DNA from: Octopus vulgaris
Taxonomy: Eukaryota
NCBI GenBank assembly: GCA_951406725.2
Contig: OX597832.1
Location: 70,866,001-70,930,000 of the forward strand
Length of the DNA stretch: 64,000 nucleotides
Reading direction: 5' to 3'
Program-made: the position numbers and the translations under genes
Part shown: positions 40,430 to 55,289 of the stretch, piece by piece
Layout: every line of letters starts with the position of its first letter
Numbering within the stretch: position 1 is the first letter of the stretch
The notes under the pieces: generated by a model
Databases searched by the model: none
What the model saw: only the letters and a program-made list of their open reading frames with translations
What the model was told of the DNA's origin: nothing

Positions 40430-41480
40430 AATTGAAAACGCAAATCGTAAGCAGTCAGACATTCCCGAACTCATGAATGAAAATATTCTGTCAAAGTAGT
40501 TGAATCAGATATAAATATTCATACGCATCAACATAAATCATGCATATACAGGCCTGAATATTCTCCAAGGGTATAAAGAATAAAACCAAACATACATAAA
40601 AATATAGAAGACATAAAAATATATAAAATTACATACATAAAAAATTTACATGTAAGGAGTTAAGCATGATAAATATAGGAGGTGCAAAATGAATGAGAGA
40701 TTGATAATTATATGAATAAAAACATCAACCTTTAAAATGAAAATCACCTAAATTGTCTAAAAATCATTTATACATATATAAAATAAGATAGATATAATAT
40801 TACATATTAATGTAAAGAAGAACATAAATAAAATAGGATCCCAAAAATAGGATGGCGTTCCATCAACGGCTGTTTCAGGGGTACGTTACTGGTCATGGTT
40901 AAAAATTAAATACTCCATATGTGCAATGGCCCTTTCATCAGGATTGTGTCCTCCCTGGTAAATTTCGATTTCTTTATTGCCCGCAAGGGGCTAAACATAG
41001 AGGGGACAATACACGGACAGACACAAAAGTGGGGATGAAAAGAAAACGAATGAAAAAGGATGAAAATGAAAATGAGCGGTTTCATTTAAACTTTTCAAAA
41101 TCGATTAAATAACATTATTAAGTCTTACATTTCAAACTCCATACGTGGTTAGCCAACATAATGGTTTTGCTTTTGTCCTTATGTCGGAAGGAAGCTATGT
41201 GATTAGCATAGCAATTTTTAAATTCTCCTTCACATAGTCTAATATATGTCTTCTTATCGGTTGTATTATAAGAAAGCTAACGTAGAGAGATACAATGATA
41301 TTAATAATGAGGCTAAATTCCTCGCTAAACGTAGTAATATCGACAATAGATTTGAATGCTTAACTAAAAGTGAAGCTGTTATTACTTTAAAAGACCAATA
41401 AACCTAATTTTCATGATAAACCTACGTGTAGATTTTTAAACTCAGCGAGATCTGAAACTGGGCTGGTAGCTAAATAAGTA
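40430..41480 (-). mobile_element. Penelope-like remnant: minus-strand GIY-YIG plus pLTR, with inverted plus-strand RT fragment
   Basis: Minus 41110-41300: KTYIRLCEGEFKNCYANHIASFRHKDK..LANHVWSLK. Plus 41315-41480: AVITLKD..KPNFHDKPTCR..NSARSETG. SINE tail inserted at ~40960-41025. Confidence 0.75.
40860..40946 (-). ncRNA. Degenerate hammerhead motif in PLE pLTR
   Basis: Minus strand: CAATC-CTGATGA-AAGGG..CCCT-GAAA-CAGCCG-TT-GATGG. Confidence 0.6.
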
Positions 41481-41600
41481 CTGTGCGGAGATGTTATACA
41501 TGTTATAATTCATTATTTGGCATGTTCTCAGCGCAAGAAACAATTAGTAACACATAAAATCTTGTATTGTATCTATTAAACAATATATGTATATGTGTAT

Positions 41601-41639
<39 letters not shown>

Positions 41640-42285
41640 CGTGTGTGTGTAAGTATATATGTATGTATGTAGGCAAGTACGCATATATATACCGACATGC
41701 GTATACATGTTTACCAGCAAAACACGTAACATTTGGATCATTTTTGCCTGCAAAGATCAGTGTGAGCTTTCGATGTAGAATGATTATCGATTGGGCTGTG
41801 AATTTAGTCGTATAAATAGTTCACATTACAGGTTTCTTGGAAAATGTTGATGGAAGAAAGATAGACAAGTTAAACGCTATGAAAGTAGCCGAGTTATGAG
41901 AGGAGAGGGAAAAGTAAGGGTAGTTACATGGGAGTGAACGGGGTGAAGTAAACGGAGTAAAAGTGTTTCGTGTCAGAAATATTTATCTAAATAGCTGCAT
42001 GACTGATGTGTGTACAGAGAAGAACAGAGGGAGAGAGTGTGAGAGAGAGCGACATAGCATTGCTGTTCGCGCTGGAGTTTTCTTCCCTATTTTTTCCCAT
42101 TTTATGCCAATCTTTCCTTTTCTTTTTTCACTATCTGCAGATGGACAATATCCAGAACGCCTTGATCATCAACTTTTCCTCTCCCTTGTGATAATGTTCA
42201 TTCAGAACTTACCATGTGTTTATTTAATTTGCATCCATATTTTGTTATTCTCCATATAAATATGTATATACACAAACACACACAC

Positions 42286-43310
<1,025 letters not shown>

Positions 43311-44619
43311 CTCTTTCTCTCTGTATATATATATATATATATGAAGGAAGCTTTTCTTAAATCAAATATTAATTATATAGATTATCTTATAAAAATTTTG
43401 GAAGAAGACTTTCCACTAAGATTTCCTTCCAGAAGATTCGTCTCGTTCCGGAATTTCTTTTTATGATTTTTTTATATATATTGGATAATTAATAATTAAT
43501 AATTAATAATTTTCTGCTTAAGGAAATCTTTCTTCAAATTATATAGCTTTTTGAAGATGCTTTGGCAAAAGTATCCTTTAAATATATATACATTTGTGTG
43601 TGTGTTTGTGTGTGTGTACATGGCGGATATGTATGTGTGTGTGTTGCTCACGCGTGTGTGTGGAGAGAGAGAGAAAGAGTGAGAGCGGGGTGAGAGTGGG
43701 AGAGAGAGTCGTCTAAGAACCCAATAGTCAAATACACAAACATATTCGTGTATTTCTCAATAGAGTGGGAATATTAAGATTTTCTACAACCCTGTACGAT
43801 ATATACATTTCATTTGGTTTTAACAAATAGGCTTTGTGCGCATGTCTACAAATGATTTTTAAGATTGACCCTAACCCTAACCCATCCTCACTTCCCTCTC
43901 CTTGCATATACATAGCAACCGTATTTCACCGGCACCGCAGCTTCAACCCCACTACACAAGTATTTACTTATACAGCATCCTGACACTTTTTGATCCAAAC
44001 CCAAGAAACATATCTCTAAAGAACAATATTCTTCTATAGGTTTGCTTGTACGGCCTTTTTCGCTTTCGATCCTATTACTTACGTCACCTGCAAACCGAAT
44101 TGACCTCCAGTAGCAAAGAACCGACCTTTCTAGCGTGTGCCAGCTTGGTTTACCAAAACTTTCGTGTATGGAACCAAATCGGCTGAAAATGGATCAAAAA
44201 TAGTGTGTGTGTGGCTTGGTAGGGGGTGGAGAGAGAGAGGGAGAGAGAGATTGAGAGTGTTGAGAAAGAGATAAAGAGGGTTGGTTGAAAGTTAGGGACA
44301 GGTGTAAAGAAGGGCTGGAGAGGAGTTAAATACTTAAGAGCAAATATTGAAGAGGAGCGGGAAAGAGAATAGTAAGAATTTATGTTGGGACCGGTCGAAA
44401 CATTACTTGGAAACTCAGGGCACTTGGCGGCCCGCATCCATCCAGATTCAGTGGGGCTGATGTCGATGTCTGTTGAGGGTTTCTCTCTTACTGCCACATT
44501 CACAAAAGTTCACCCCAGAAGAGCAACATAGAAAAAACTTTTTGAATTCGGCAAAGAGCATAGCTCCTATTCTGATATGTTGATAAATATGCAAGTGTGT
44601 ACACGATTTTCAAACAAAC

Positions 44620-44672
<53 letters not shown>

Positions 44673-44971
44673 ATCAGGAATCTTGCAACACAAATTCATA
44701 AACATATATCTGTATATTCATTCAGAAAGCGTCATTATTGAACTCCACAACACATTCGCTCCTGGCAATCAACGATCAACTTAGGAGTGAGAGAATCATT
44801 AAAAGGGTGTTAATGTAGCAGCCATTCTACCCCCCCCCAAATCCTAGAGCTAGCTACTTAATCTTACTTAATCATGTTTATATCTGTAGCGTTTTGCAAA
44901 TAAGACAAATAAGAGATAGAGTTAAATTGTCTTTGCCTCAACTGCAAATATTTTCTCCCCTTAGAAAATAA

Positions 44972-45354
44972 CTAGCAGTATCGCCCGGCGTTGCTCGGGT
45001 TTGTAAGGGAAATAACTCTATAAGCATTTTTAGAGATGTAAAGTATAATAGCCATCTCAATATGGCTAACCACAAAGGGGGTGGGGTGTTACTCTAGCTT
45101 TTTACGTAAATTTTTAGAGAGTTACTTCCCTTATATATGCCAAAAATGCATTAAAAATGGGAAAAATTGATGGTAATTTTTTCTTTAAATCGTAAACTCA
45201 TCGTAGACGCGCGCTAATACCCAGAAGGGCTCGATATGAATCACGACTATAAGATACCCGGTTTTGGTTAAACTGCACCGCAAAATGTGGGAGTAGTTAG
45301 GAATCTAAATCGTAGGAGACAGACAGCACACAACCTTACTTTTATATATAAAGA
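44972..45354 (-). mobile_element. Non-autonomous Helitron-like element
   Basis: Minus strand: A|TCTTTATATATAAAA ... CCCGAGCAACGCCGGG hairpin ... CTAG|T. No TSD. Confidence 0.75.
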
Positions 45355-47049
45355 TATGTCCGCTCTAACGTCTCAAGCTCCTCATGTGCACACTTAATAC
45401 AGACAATTAACAAGAAACTCTTGAAGGAAATTGCTTGAGTAAAGTAGATATCGTTTGATAATCGATCCCGTAATCTACATGGTTTCATTAAGCAGTGATG
45501 CTCGTTAATTCCATAAAATGCTATGATATACCATTTTACATGCAACCTCCTTACAGATTCTCTTTTCAAATACGTTGCATGTTTTCCAATATTTATTCTT
45601 AACAATTGAATCCTTCGCTTAAAACTCATTTAAAATCATTCATTTATTCAAAATTCTTTTTGTTTTTGTTACTGCTGCTACTGCTGCTGCTATTGTTTTC
45701 TTCTTTTTCCTGTTCGAGTATTCTCTTCGTCTTCGTCCTCTTTTTTCGTCGTCATCACCATTATTGTCTTCATTTTCCTCCTCTTCTCACTTTAAGTCTA
45801 TAACCATAACAACTCCTTCTCCTCCTCCTTCTTCATCTTCCCCTTCTAGGTTTTTCTTCTTTCTTGCTTTTCTGATTCTTCGTCTTCGTCTTCTGATTTT
45901 TTTCCAGCATCATTGTCGTCATCATCATCATCATCATCATCATCGTCGTCATCATCTTTTTTTTTTCGCCTTCTCCTCCTGCTCCTTATCCTTTTCCTCG
46001 CCTGCTCTTCATCCTCTTCATCAGCCTCAAACAACTCATCTTCTTTTTCATCTTCCCCTCTCTGTTTATCCTCGTCATCATCTTTCTGCTTCTTCTTGAT
46101 CTCCGCCTTATCTTTCTCCCTTTCCTCCTCCAGGTCAGCCATTATAGTGTGTAGGCCTGTTTCCTGCCATGACTACCTCGTTTAATTAGATATAAGGAAT
46201 TTATATTAACTTATGTAACGTTTGTTGTTGTTGTTGTTGTTGTTGTTTGATTGTTTATCTTCGAGATGACAACGGATGATCGAAAGGAAACTTGGCATCT
46301 CTTCCTAGCAATGCAGAAACGACGGAGACTCCGCTCAACCAGATTTTAGTGGGATACAGTCCTTAAACGGTTTTCTTTCTTCGAAAATGGCACGTGACAT
46401 TGAAAATAAACAAATATGTTTAGATTTTAGAACCCTCCTTTTCCAAAAATGGTAATCGACTTAACCGAGAAAAATTCTTTCATTTCGTAGAATACAGCAC
46501 AAATCTTATTAAGCCAATGACTTCAACAAAATCCGAACAACTCAACAAGATAACCTCTATGTGGTCACCCGTCCTGCTAAAAATAATAGCCAAATTCTCC
46601 AGTGGATCACTGGACCAATTTTTAAAAAGGGAAAAACGTATTGTACGATGTTGTCGTAGAAAATTTATGAGAAATAAATAAATAAAAGAAATGGTGAGTT
46701 ATAGCTGGAGCATTGATAATCATTGATCCACAGAACTGATGAACTACATCCAAAGTAACCTTAAAACAGAAAGAGCCTCAATGCGGTCACTAAACCTGCT
46801 AGAAATATCAGCTAAAATTTCCTCAGATCACACCCAGCTATATTTAAAACAACTGATTGGATACGATAGTAACATAGTCCGAGATATAGAGTGACCACAA
46901 CTGGATTCTTTCAGCGTAGTTTTGCTGGCTAAAGGTTGAACTGGGCCAAAGCAACAACAACAGCCACTACTACAAAATAATCTCCGCTGTAGTTTGATCC
47001 CGAAATCTCAAAAGTTCAATATCAATTTTCTTACTAGCCGAGAAAGGGG

Positions 47050-47480
47050 CAAAGCCCATCACCATTTCCGTTGTCCAAGACTGAGGAGATGGGTAGCATT
47101 AATATCTTTCTTGAATGTCTGTCAGACTCTCTGAAGAAAAAATATGAATGGAGAGGGCATAGGGATTCGTGCAGGACCAGGAGGATGGGGTAATGGACAC
47201 AACTTGTTTGATGACAGAAGTGGTGAGTGGGATAGGAATGCCTGGGTGGAAGTAGCCATGAACCCAGACAACTCCGAAGAGCAGAGGCCATTATAGGAGA
47301 GATAGAAAAGGCAGATAGAGTGGACAGTGAACTAGTGGACCAGAGGCCGAAGGATGTCTAAGAGTGATTTTATGATCCATGTTTGTAGTAATTCTTGATA
47401 CTCTGATATGAGAGCAATACTCCATTGTGGTCTGCTCACTAGCATTGTAGTGAACGAAGAAATTGCTTAAGGAAGAAACA
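47050..47480 (-). mobile_element. Old CR1/Jockey-like LINE 3' remnant
   Basis: TMEYCSHI and YNGLCSSEL-like C-terminal motifs across frameshifts. Confidence 0.5.
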
Positions 47481-47796
47481 TCCTTTGAACTTGAAGTACA
47501 AGTCGTTGGAATTGGATCAAATCTCCCCAAAACTTTCAAAGTTTGAATATAAAGCGCCCACGATTCCAAAGTAAGGAGACAACCAAGTTTCATATATCAA
47601 TATTTTAGTTCAGCAAAAAAGCTCCATTTGAAAGAAATAGCCATTTCATTCATATGATCCATTACTGTTTAAAAATCAAAGGGAAGGAAACATTAGATCG
47701 TGTGCTCTTGTTTATCATGAAAAATATAGCCCGGTTTGTCACAACTGGAACACCTACTTGCATAGATTTCCGGAATCAATGCTGACTTCGAACAAA

Positions 47797-47868
<72 letters not shown>

Positions 47869-47999
47869 AGGCTAGTGCTTCCATCGTTAAAAGTTAGCTG
47901 ATAGGTTTGAAGTCATGGGGGTAGAAAAGGAGATAAATACATGGAATACAACAGTGTGCAAAATAAAGTAAGTAAACGAAAGGAGTTACGTAATAGTCT

Positions 48000-48146
48000 T
48001 TTCTTGACAGCTGTTTCGGAAGCACCATGGCTTTCATTTTAACCATGCTCATGCGCAATAAATATCCATAATGTCGTTGGTATGATTAATAAAATAAGTT
48101 CCAATGGATTTGTTAGGCGAAGTCAAGTCACCCACATCGGAAGAAA
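48000..48146 (-). ncRNA. Hammerhead-like motif with ~110-nt stem II insert (core CCGATGT)
   Basis: Minus strand: TTTCTT-CCGATGT-GGG...TCC-GAAA-CAGCTG-TC-AAGAAA. Confidence 0.6.
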
Positions 48147-48322
48147 TATATTACAAATGTGCTTTCAATGGGAATACACGCATTAAATTTAATTGTGTTT
48201 ATCAACATCCTTCTCTTCTTCCCACTCTCTTTCTTCCTCTTTCTTTCTCCGTCCCTCTGTCTTTCTTTCTCTCTCTCCATTCTCCTCTTTCTCTATCGAT
48301 ACACTCACATGTGTATATACAT

Positions 48323-48376
<54 letters not shown>

Positions 48377-48485
48377 ATCACGTGACCGACCAGACCATCA
48401 GATGTTGCTACACATCGCTGGTCACAATGCGCTTCACATTGTTTTAGCCTTCAAATGACGCCACCCCGCGGGCTAAGCGAGCAGG

Positions 48486-48533
<48 letters not shown>

Positions 48534-48560
48534 CGTGTTTTTGTATGTTTATATATATAT

Positions 48561-50430
48561 GGTGCACTGTAGGATAGGGCCACTCCTTGAAAACGATGGC
48601 ACACTCACAGGAAATCCAATGAGGGTAAGTGAAATACTAAATGAGCAATTCAAGAATATTTTCACTCCACCCCTAGGGCATTTTCAAGTCAGCAATCCAA
48701 CTGACTTCTTTGCCACTTCAAATATAAAATCAGAGGCAGCGATGATTGATTACATCAATATAAAGGAAGACGATGTAATAAAGGCTATTGATGAAATGAA
48801 AACAAACTCAGCTACTGGCCCCGATGGATTCCCAGCAATCCTTCTAAAAGTATGTAAGAGAGTCCTAGCAAGACCATTGCAGTTCCTCTTTCAGAGCTTC
48901 CTTGCAACTGGCAAACTTCCAAGAAAACTGAAGGAAGGTAAAATATGCCCTATTCATAAAGGAGGTAGCAGAGCGGAGGCCAAGAACTACAGACCTATCT
49001 CTCTGACCTAACACATCAGCAAGTTCATGGAACGAATAGTCAGAAGGAAACTAATCACCTTCCTTGAAGAAAATGACTTGCTGCCTGACACCCAACATGG
49101 TTTCCGACCAGGAAGACAATGCTTAACTCAGCTCCTACAGCACTATGACTGGGTGCTGAAACGACTGCTCAACCACTCAAATGTGGAAGTGATATATCTC
49201 GACTTTGCAAAGGCATTTGATAAAGTCGATCATAGAAATGATATGTCACAAACTGTGTGATCTTGGCATAGTTGGAAAATTGGGAGAATGGCTTCATGAC
49301 TTTCTGAAGGATAGAAGTCAGGTGGTAGTAGCCAATGGGGCCACTTCCATTAACACGCAAATAGTGAGCGGTGTCCCGCAAGGCACTGTTCTGGGACCAC
49401 TACTGTTCATAATGGCCCTCTCAGACATGCCCTCAGCCACGTACAGAGCCACGATCACAAGTTATGCAGATGATACAAAAGTTTCACAGGCAATACAGAA
49501 CCCTGAAGCCACTAAGCACCTGCTATGTGAGCTGGACAAAATATACGAGTGGGCTGAAAAGAATAGCATGCAGTTCAATGCTGAAAAGTTTCAAGCTTTA
49601 TACTATCAGCATGCAAAACTAAATGCAATACCCAATGAATACACTGGACCCGGAGGGATTGCAATCCCAGAGGCACAATCAGTGCGTGACCTGGGTATTT
49701 ACATGAGTGATGATGCAACCTTTCGTGTGCATGTTGCTAAATTGGCAATGAAATGTAGGCGGCTGACCGGATGGATTCTTAGAACCTTTAGAACAAGAGA
49801 CCAGGAAACCATGATGGTCCTCTGGAGGACACTTGTCTTAAGCCACTTTGACTATTGCTCTCAGCTATGGTCACCATCCAGTGTCAAGTTAATCACAGAA
49901 CTTGAGGCGATCCAACGAAGCTACACGAAGAAGATAGCCTCTGTGCAGCATATAATCTATTGGGAAAGACTCAAGAGATTGAGACTCTATTCCTTAGAGC
50001 GTAGGCGAGAAAGATATGCCATAATATACATCTGGAAGATCCTCGAAGGACTTGTCCCAAACTTTGGCATCGAGAGTTACACAAATGCCAGAACTGGGCG
50101 CCACTGCATAGTGCCAAGGACTCCAAATTTGCCATCAAGATGTAGGACAAGATACTGTGATAGCCTGGGCTTCCGAGGCTCACAGCTCTTCAATATCCTC
50201 CCGAAGAACCTAAGAGACCTGCACGGGGTGGATGCAGATGTCTTTAAAATGAAACTGGATCTCTTCTTGTCAGGTGCCCCAGATGAACCGACGGCAGGGG
50301 GTGCAGATGAGGGCAGCTGCATCGAACTCTCTCATGCACCAAATGGCATTTGCTAAAAAGCATTCCTGCAGTAAAATCATGTAGCGACACCAAATGGCCA
50401 CAGCTTGTGAGCTGAAACAAAATATAAAAT
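48561..50430 (+). mobile_element. 5'-truncated CR1-like LINE copy
   Basis: Collinear with 53487-55350. Stop at 49009-49011, frameshift near 49235; YLDFAKAFDKV, GVPQG, YADD. Confidence 0.95.
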
Positions 50431-51022
50431 TTTTTTTAAAATGTATGTATACGTATTTCCGGTTCCGGCAGGGAAAGTCGTGTATCGCCTTTGCTCTGTT
50501 TAAAAAAGGCAGAAAGTGTGCATAAATCGGTGAAATAATCTACTGAAAGTCACAAATTCAACTCATAAAGTCCACTACAACACTTCGGTTACAAATATAT
50601 TAATCAAAAACGTAATATATTTTGCCTGAAGCCAAATACAGTAATAATTTTTCTTTTCGCCGAAAACGCACATGGTGGAAAAACTCACTGAAGTAACTTA
50701 TCTCCTAGAAGAAGGAAAAAGAAACATCTCCTGGAAAATAATCCCGTAAACCACAAAAAATCCAGACCACATCGTTGGATTAAGTATCACTTTCATCTTC
50801 TATTTCAGATTATGTTTATTATCCTATTTTATCCCCCTTAACTTAAGCCCACATCTCTGTTAAAGTTACGATCGCCATTTTTGTTTTGTTTACATATATA
50901 TCTGTTCTCGAAGGCAGAAATTGGCTTCAGAATTAAATAACCCTTTCTTCACACTTTAATATATATATTTTAATATATTTTCACTCATTTTCTTTTTTCT
51001 TCACCTTCCTTCTCTCCCCGTC

Positions 51023-51063
<41 letters not shown>

Positions 51064-51444
51064 ACGTGTATGTATATATGTGTGCGTGTATGTATATATG
51101 TATGCGTATATATGCATGGACGTGAACTTTCACGAACTTTAGATAGATAAATAATCTTTCCTCTCTTTCTTACCCTCTCATCTCTCCTCTTTCAGATACT
51201 CTATCTTCTAATTAGCCTTAAGATTAAATAACGTTTAATATTGTTTAATATTGTTTAACATTGTTAATAATTTTTCAGATACTCTATCTTCTAATTAGCC
51301 TTAAGAATAAACAACGTTTTTACCCACACTTTAACATCTTCTAATTTTTTACCCACACTTTAATATCTTCTAATTAGCCTTAATATCTTCTTGTCTTCTC
51401 TCGAACATAGTTAGATAGATAAACAAATAGACAGATTATCCAGC

Positions 51445-52350
51445 ATGTCCAGAGTCTGGAGACCTGACGAACTAGATTTATTTGTATGAGCCTGGGAGTG
51501 CGCCGACGGAGATAGCCCTAGCGAGGTGATTGCGGCTGCGCTGAAGAACAACGGCTACAAGAGGACAGCGGCTCAGATGGAGTGAAAGAGACGGGAATTC
51601 GTGCGCTCATATGCGCTTATACGGTCGCACATTGGCGCACTTGATGCCATCTTTGAGAACGAGCGGGGCAAAGATGGCAAGAATGGAGACGATGAAAGAA
51701 GTCACCCCCACCTGGTGGACGCTCGGGAGGAGGTTTTGAATGAGAAACCTGCTCGGGAAGTGAACCCAGGTGCAAGTTCTCCAACTGGCAGCAAGGGCCA
51801 TGGAGACGGAGAACCCGGTGAAGAGGTAGAGGGAGGAGGAAGAACTAAAAGAAGGACTGGAAGAGCTAAAGGAAAAGCTCAAGCAGGACCAAAGGGTAGA
51901 AAAACCAGGAATAGAAGTGGAACCGCAAAAGATGGAAACAAACAGCGCACACGGGTGTGTAGGTTCTACCTGAGAGGTTCCTGCTGGCATGGAAAGGAAG
52001 GTGCAGGCTGCCGCTTTGCACATCGGGGACCCTGCCACAGAGACACGAGGCAGATGGACAAACCATCAACACAAGGAAAAGGGATGGACCACATACCACT
52101 TGCCCCAAAGCGGAGGTACGCAGATGTTGTGCGTGCCACAAACCGCCAACATGATGTTGTCGAAAGGGCAGCTGCTGAGCAACAATCTTTTTTGTGCATG
52201 GCACAAAAGATTGTACAGCAGCTGACCTGGCTTCATCAAACCCAAGCCCGCAGGTGGGACTACCCACTATATACCAGACCACCACAGCAAACAGACCCAG
52301 GATGGACACCGCCGGCAACAACGTACACCTCACCTCGATGCTCCTACTGA
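51445..52350 (+). pseudogene. LINE ORF1 (Myb/SANT-like N-terminus, CCCH zinc finger), two in-frame TGA stops
   Basis: MSRVWRPDELDLFV*AWE..IAAALKNNGYKRTAAQME*KRREF is in frame with ORF 51601-52350. CRFYLRGSCWHGKEGAGCRFAH. Confidence 0.8.
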
Positions 52351-55289
52351 ACATCAGAGGACTGCAAACACTCAGTAACAGGACAAAGATCCCGTTCCTG
52401 AGAGACTTTGTTGCATGCAATCAAGCCTTATGCATAGCACTCACGGAAACGCACCTGAAACCGGACATAGCAGATGCGGAGTTACACATACCACAGTATG
52501 CTGTACTACGGACCGACAGGAAAGAAAGGAGTCATGGAGGTGTTGCTATGTACATCCGTGAGGACCTCACACCCCAGGTCCTCTTGTCATACTCAAACTC
52601 GGTGTGTGACACACTAATTGTACATATTAGGCAACTTGATGTAGTTGTGTGTGCTACATATCGCCCTCCAGATGCCCCAAGCCATGTGGGCAAGTTTGAA
52701 GACTGCCTTATAAAAATAGAAGAAGTTCTAACCACATTAGAACAACACATAAGTGTACTTCTTGTGGGAGACTTCAATCTGCCCAATGTCAGATGGCCCG
52801 AGGGCCTTTCTCTCCCAGGAATGACAAGATGTGAACGAGGACAGGCGAGGTCCCTTCTGAACCTCATCAACACCCTGTACATGGAGCAGGTAATACTCCA
52901 ACCAACCAGGGCAGGTAACACACTGGATCTCTGCTTCACAAATGACATGGATCTCATCCATAATGTGAAAGTGACACCGACATTACTCTCGGATCACAAC
53001 ATGATAGAGCTGACCATGTACGGGCCAAAAGAGAGCACGGACATGCAGCCTACAAGAAACCCTCAGAATCTTTCCAGCTTGAACTTCAATAAGGCAAACT
53101 GGAAACAAATTGAGAAAGAGATCCTCAAACAAAACTAGCCTAAATGTCTCTCCTCGCCAGACATCGACGTGAAACTTCAACAATTCATGTCTGTAATGCA
53201 AGCCATATGCTACAAATGTGTCCCAGAGAGAAAGGCCACTGTACACAAGAACAAAATCCCCAGAGAGAGGAAAATTTTAATGAGACGGCGTACAAAATTT
53301 TCAAATCGCCTAAACAAACAGATTGAAAGCAGTGAAAAGTCCCGCCTAAAAATAAAACTGTTGGAAATCGAAAAATGTCTGCAACTCTCCCATGAAAAAG
53401 AAAAAGCAGACAAAGAAGCCTGGGCTATAGACAACATAAAATCTAACCCCAGAGCTTTCTACAGGTATGCCAAAGAAACAGCTACGGTGCACTGTAGAAT
53501 AGGGCCACTCCTCGAAAAGGATGGCACACTTACAGGAAAACCAATGAGGGTAAGTGCAATACTGAATGAGCAATTCAAGAGTGTTTTCACTCCACCCCTT
53601 GGGCATCTCCAAATCACCAATCCAACTGACTTTTTTACCACTGCAGATATAAAATCAGAGGCGGCGACGATAGATTACATCGATATAAAGGAAGACGATG
53701 TAATCAAGGCTATAGATGAAATGAAAACAAACTCAGCTACTGGCCCCGATGGATTCCCGGCAATCCTCCTAAAAGCATGTAAGAGAGTCCTAGCAAGACC
53801 ACTGCAGTTCCTCTTTCAGAGCTTCCTTGCAGCTGGCAAACTTCCAAGAAAACTGAAGGAAGGTAAAATATGCCCCATTCATAAAGGAGGTAGCAGAGCG
53901 GAAGCCAAGAACTATAGACCTATCTCTCTAACCTCACACATCAGCAAGGACATGGAACGAATAGTCAGAAGGAAGCTGGTCACCTTCCTTGAAGAGAATG
54001 ACTTGCTGCCCGACACCCAACATGGTTTCCGACCAGGGCGAAACTGTTTAACTCAGCTCCTACAACACTATGACTGGGTGCTGAAACGGCTGCTCAACCA
54101 CTCAAATGTGGAAGTGATATATCTTGACTTTGCAAAGGCCTTTGATAAAGTCGATCATGGAATGATATGTCACAAACTGCGTGATCTCAACATAGTTGGA
54201 AAACTGGGAGAATGGCTTCATGACTTTCTGAAAGATAGAAGTCAGGTGGTAGTGGCCACTTCCATTAACACGCAAATAGTGAGCGGTGTTCCGCAGGGCA
54301 CTGTTCTGGGACCACTACTGTTCATAATGGCCCTCTCAGACATGCCCTCAGCCACGCAGAGAGCCACGATCACAAGTTATGCAGATGATACAAAAGTTTC
54401 ACAGGCAATACAGAACCCTGAGGACACTAAACACCTGCAATGTGAGCTAGACAAAATATACAAGTGGGCCGAAAAGAATAGCATGCAGTTCAATGCTGAA
54501 AAGTTTCAAGCTCTATACTATCAGCATGCAAAACTAAATGCAATACCCAATGAATACACTGGACCAGGAGGAATAGCAATCCCAGAGGCACAATCAGTGC
54601 GTGACCTAGGTATTTACATGAGTGATGACGCGACCTTTCGTGTACATGTTGCTAAATTGGCAATGAAATGTAGACGACTGGCCGGATGGATCCTCAGAAC
54701 CTTTAGAACAAGAGAACAAGAAACCATGATGGTCCTCTGGAGGACACTTGTCCTAAGCCACTTTGACTACTGCTCTCAGTTATGGTCACCATCCAGTGTC
54801 AAGTTGATCACAGAGCTCGAGGCGATCCAACGTAGCTACACGAAGAAGATAGCCTCTATGCAGAATGTAAGCTACTGGGAAAGACTCAAGAGATTAAAAC
54901 TATATTCCCTGGAGCGTAGGCGGGAAAGATATGCCATAATATACATCTGGAAGATCCTGGAGGGACGTGTCCTGAACTTTGGCATCGAGAGTTACGCAAA
55001 TGCCAGAACTGGGCGCCACTGCGTGGTGCCTAGGACTCCAAACTTGCCATCAAGATGTAGGACAGGATTCTGTGATAGCCTGGGCTTCCGAGGCCCACAG
55101 CTCTTCAATATCCTCCCGAAGAACCTGAGAGACCTGCATGGGGTGGATGCAGATGTCTTTAAAATGAAGCTGGTTCTCTTCCTGTCAGGTGTCCCAGATG
55201 AACCAACTTCACGGCAGGAGGGGCAGATGAGGGCAGCTGCATCGAACTCTCTCATGCACCAAATGGCAGTTGCTGGAAAGCTTTCGTGA
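52338..55289 (+). pseudogene. LINE ORF2 endonuclease-reverse transcriptase with one premature stop (53136-53138)
   Basis: NIRGL, LTETHL, GDFN, SDH (APE); YRPISLTS, QHGF, YLDFAKAFD, GVPQG, YADD (RT). Both ORF halves are in the same frame. Confidence 0.95.

Noticed and set aside
51190-51390. CRISPR-like short repeats (ATCTTCTAATTAGCCTTAA)
   Set aside because: Irregular internal duplications in a LINE 5' UTR of a eukaryote, with no unique spacers or cas genes.
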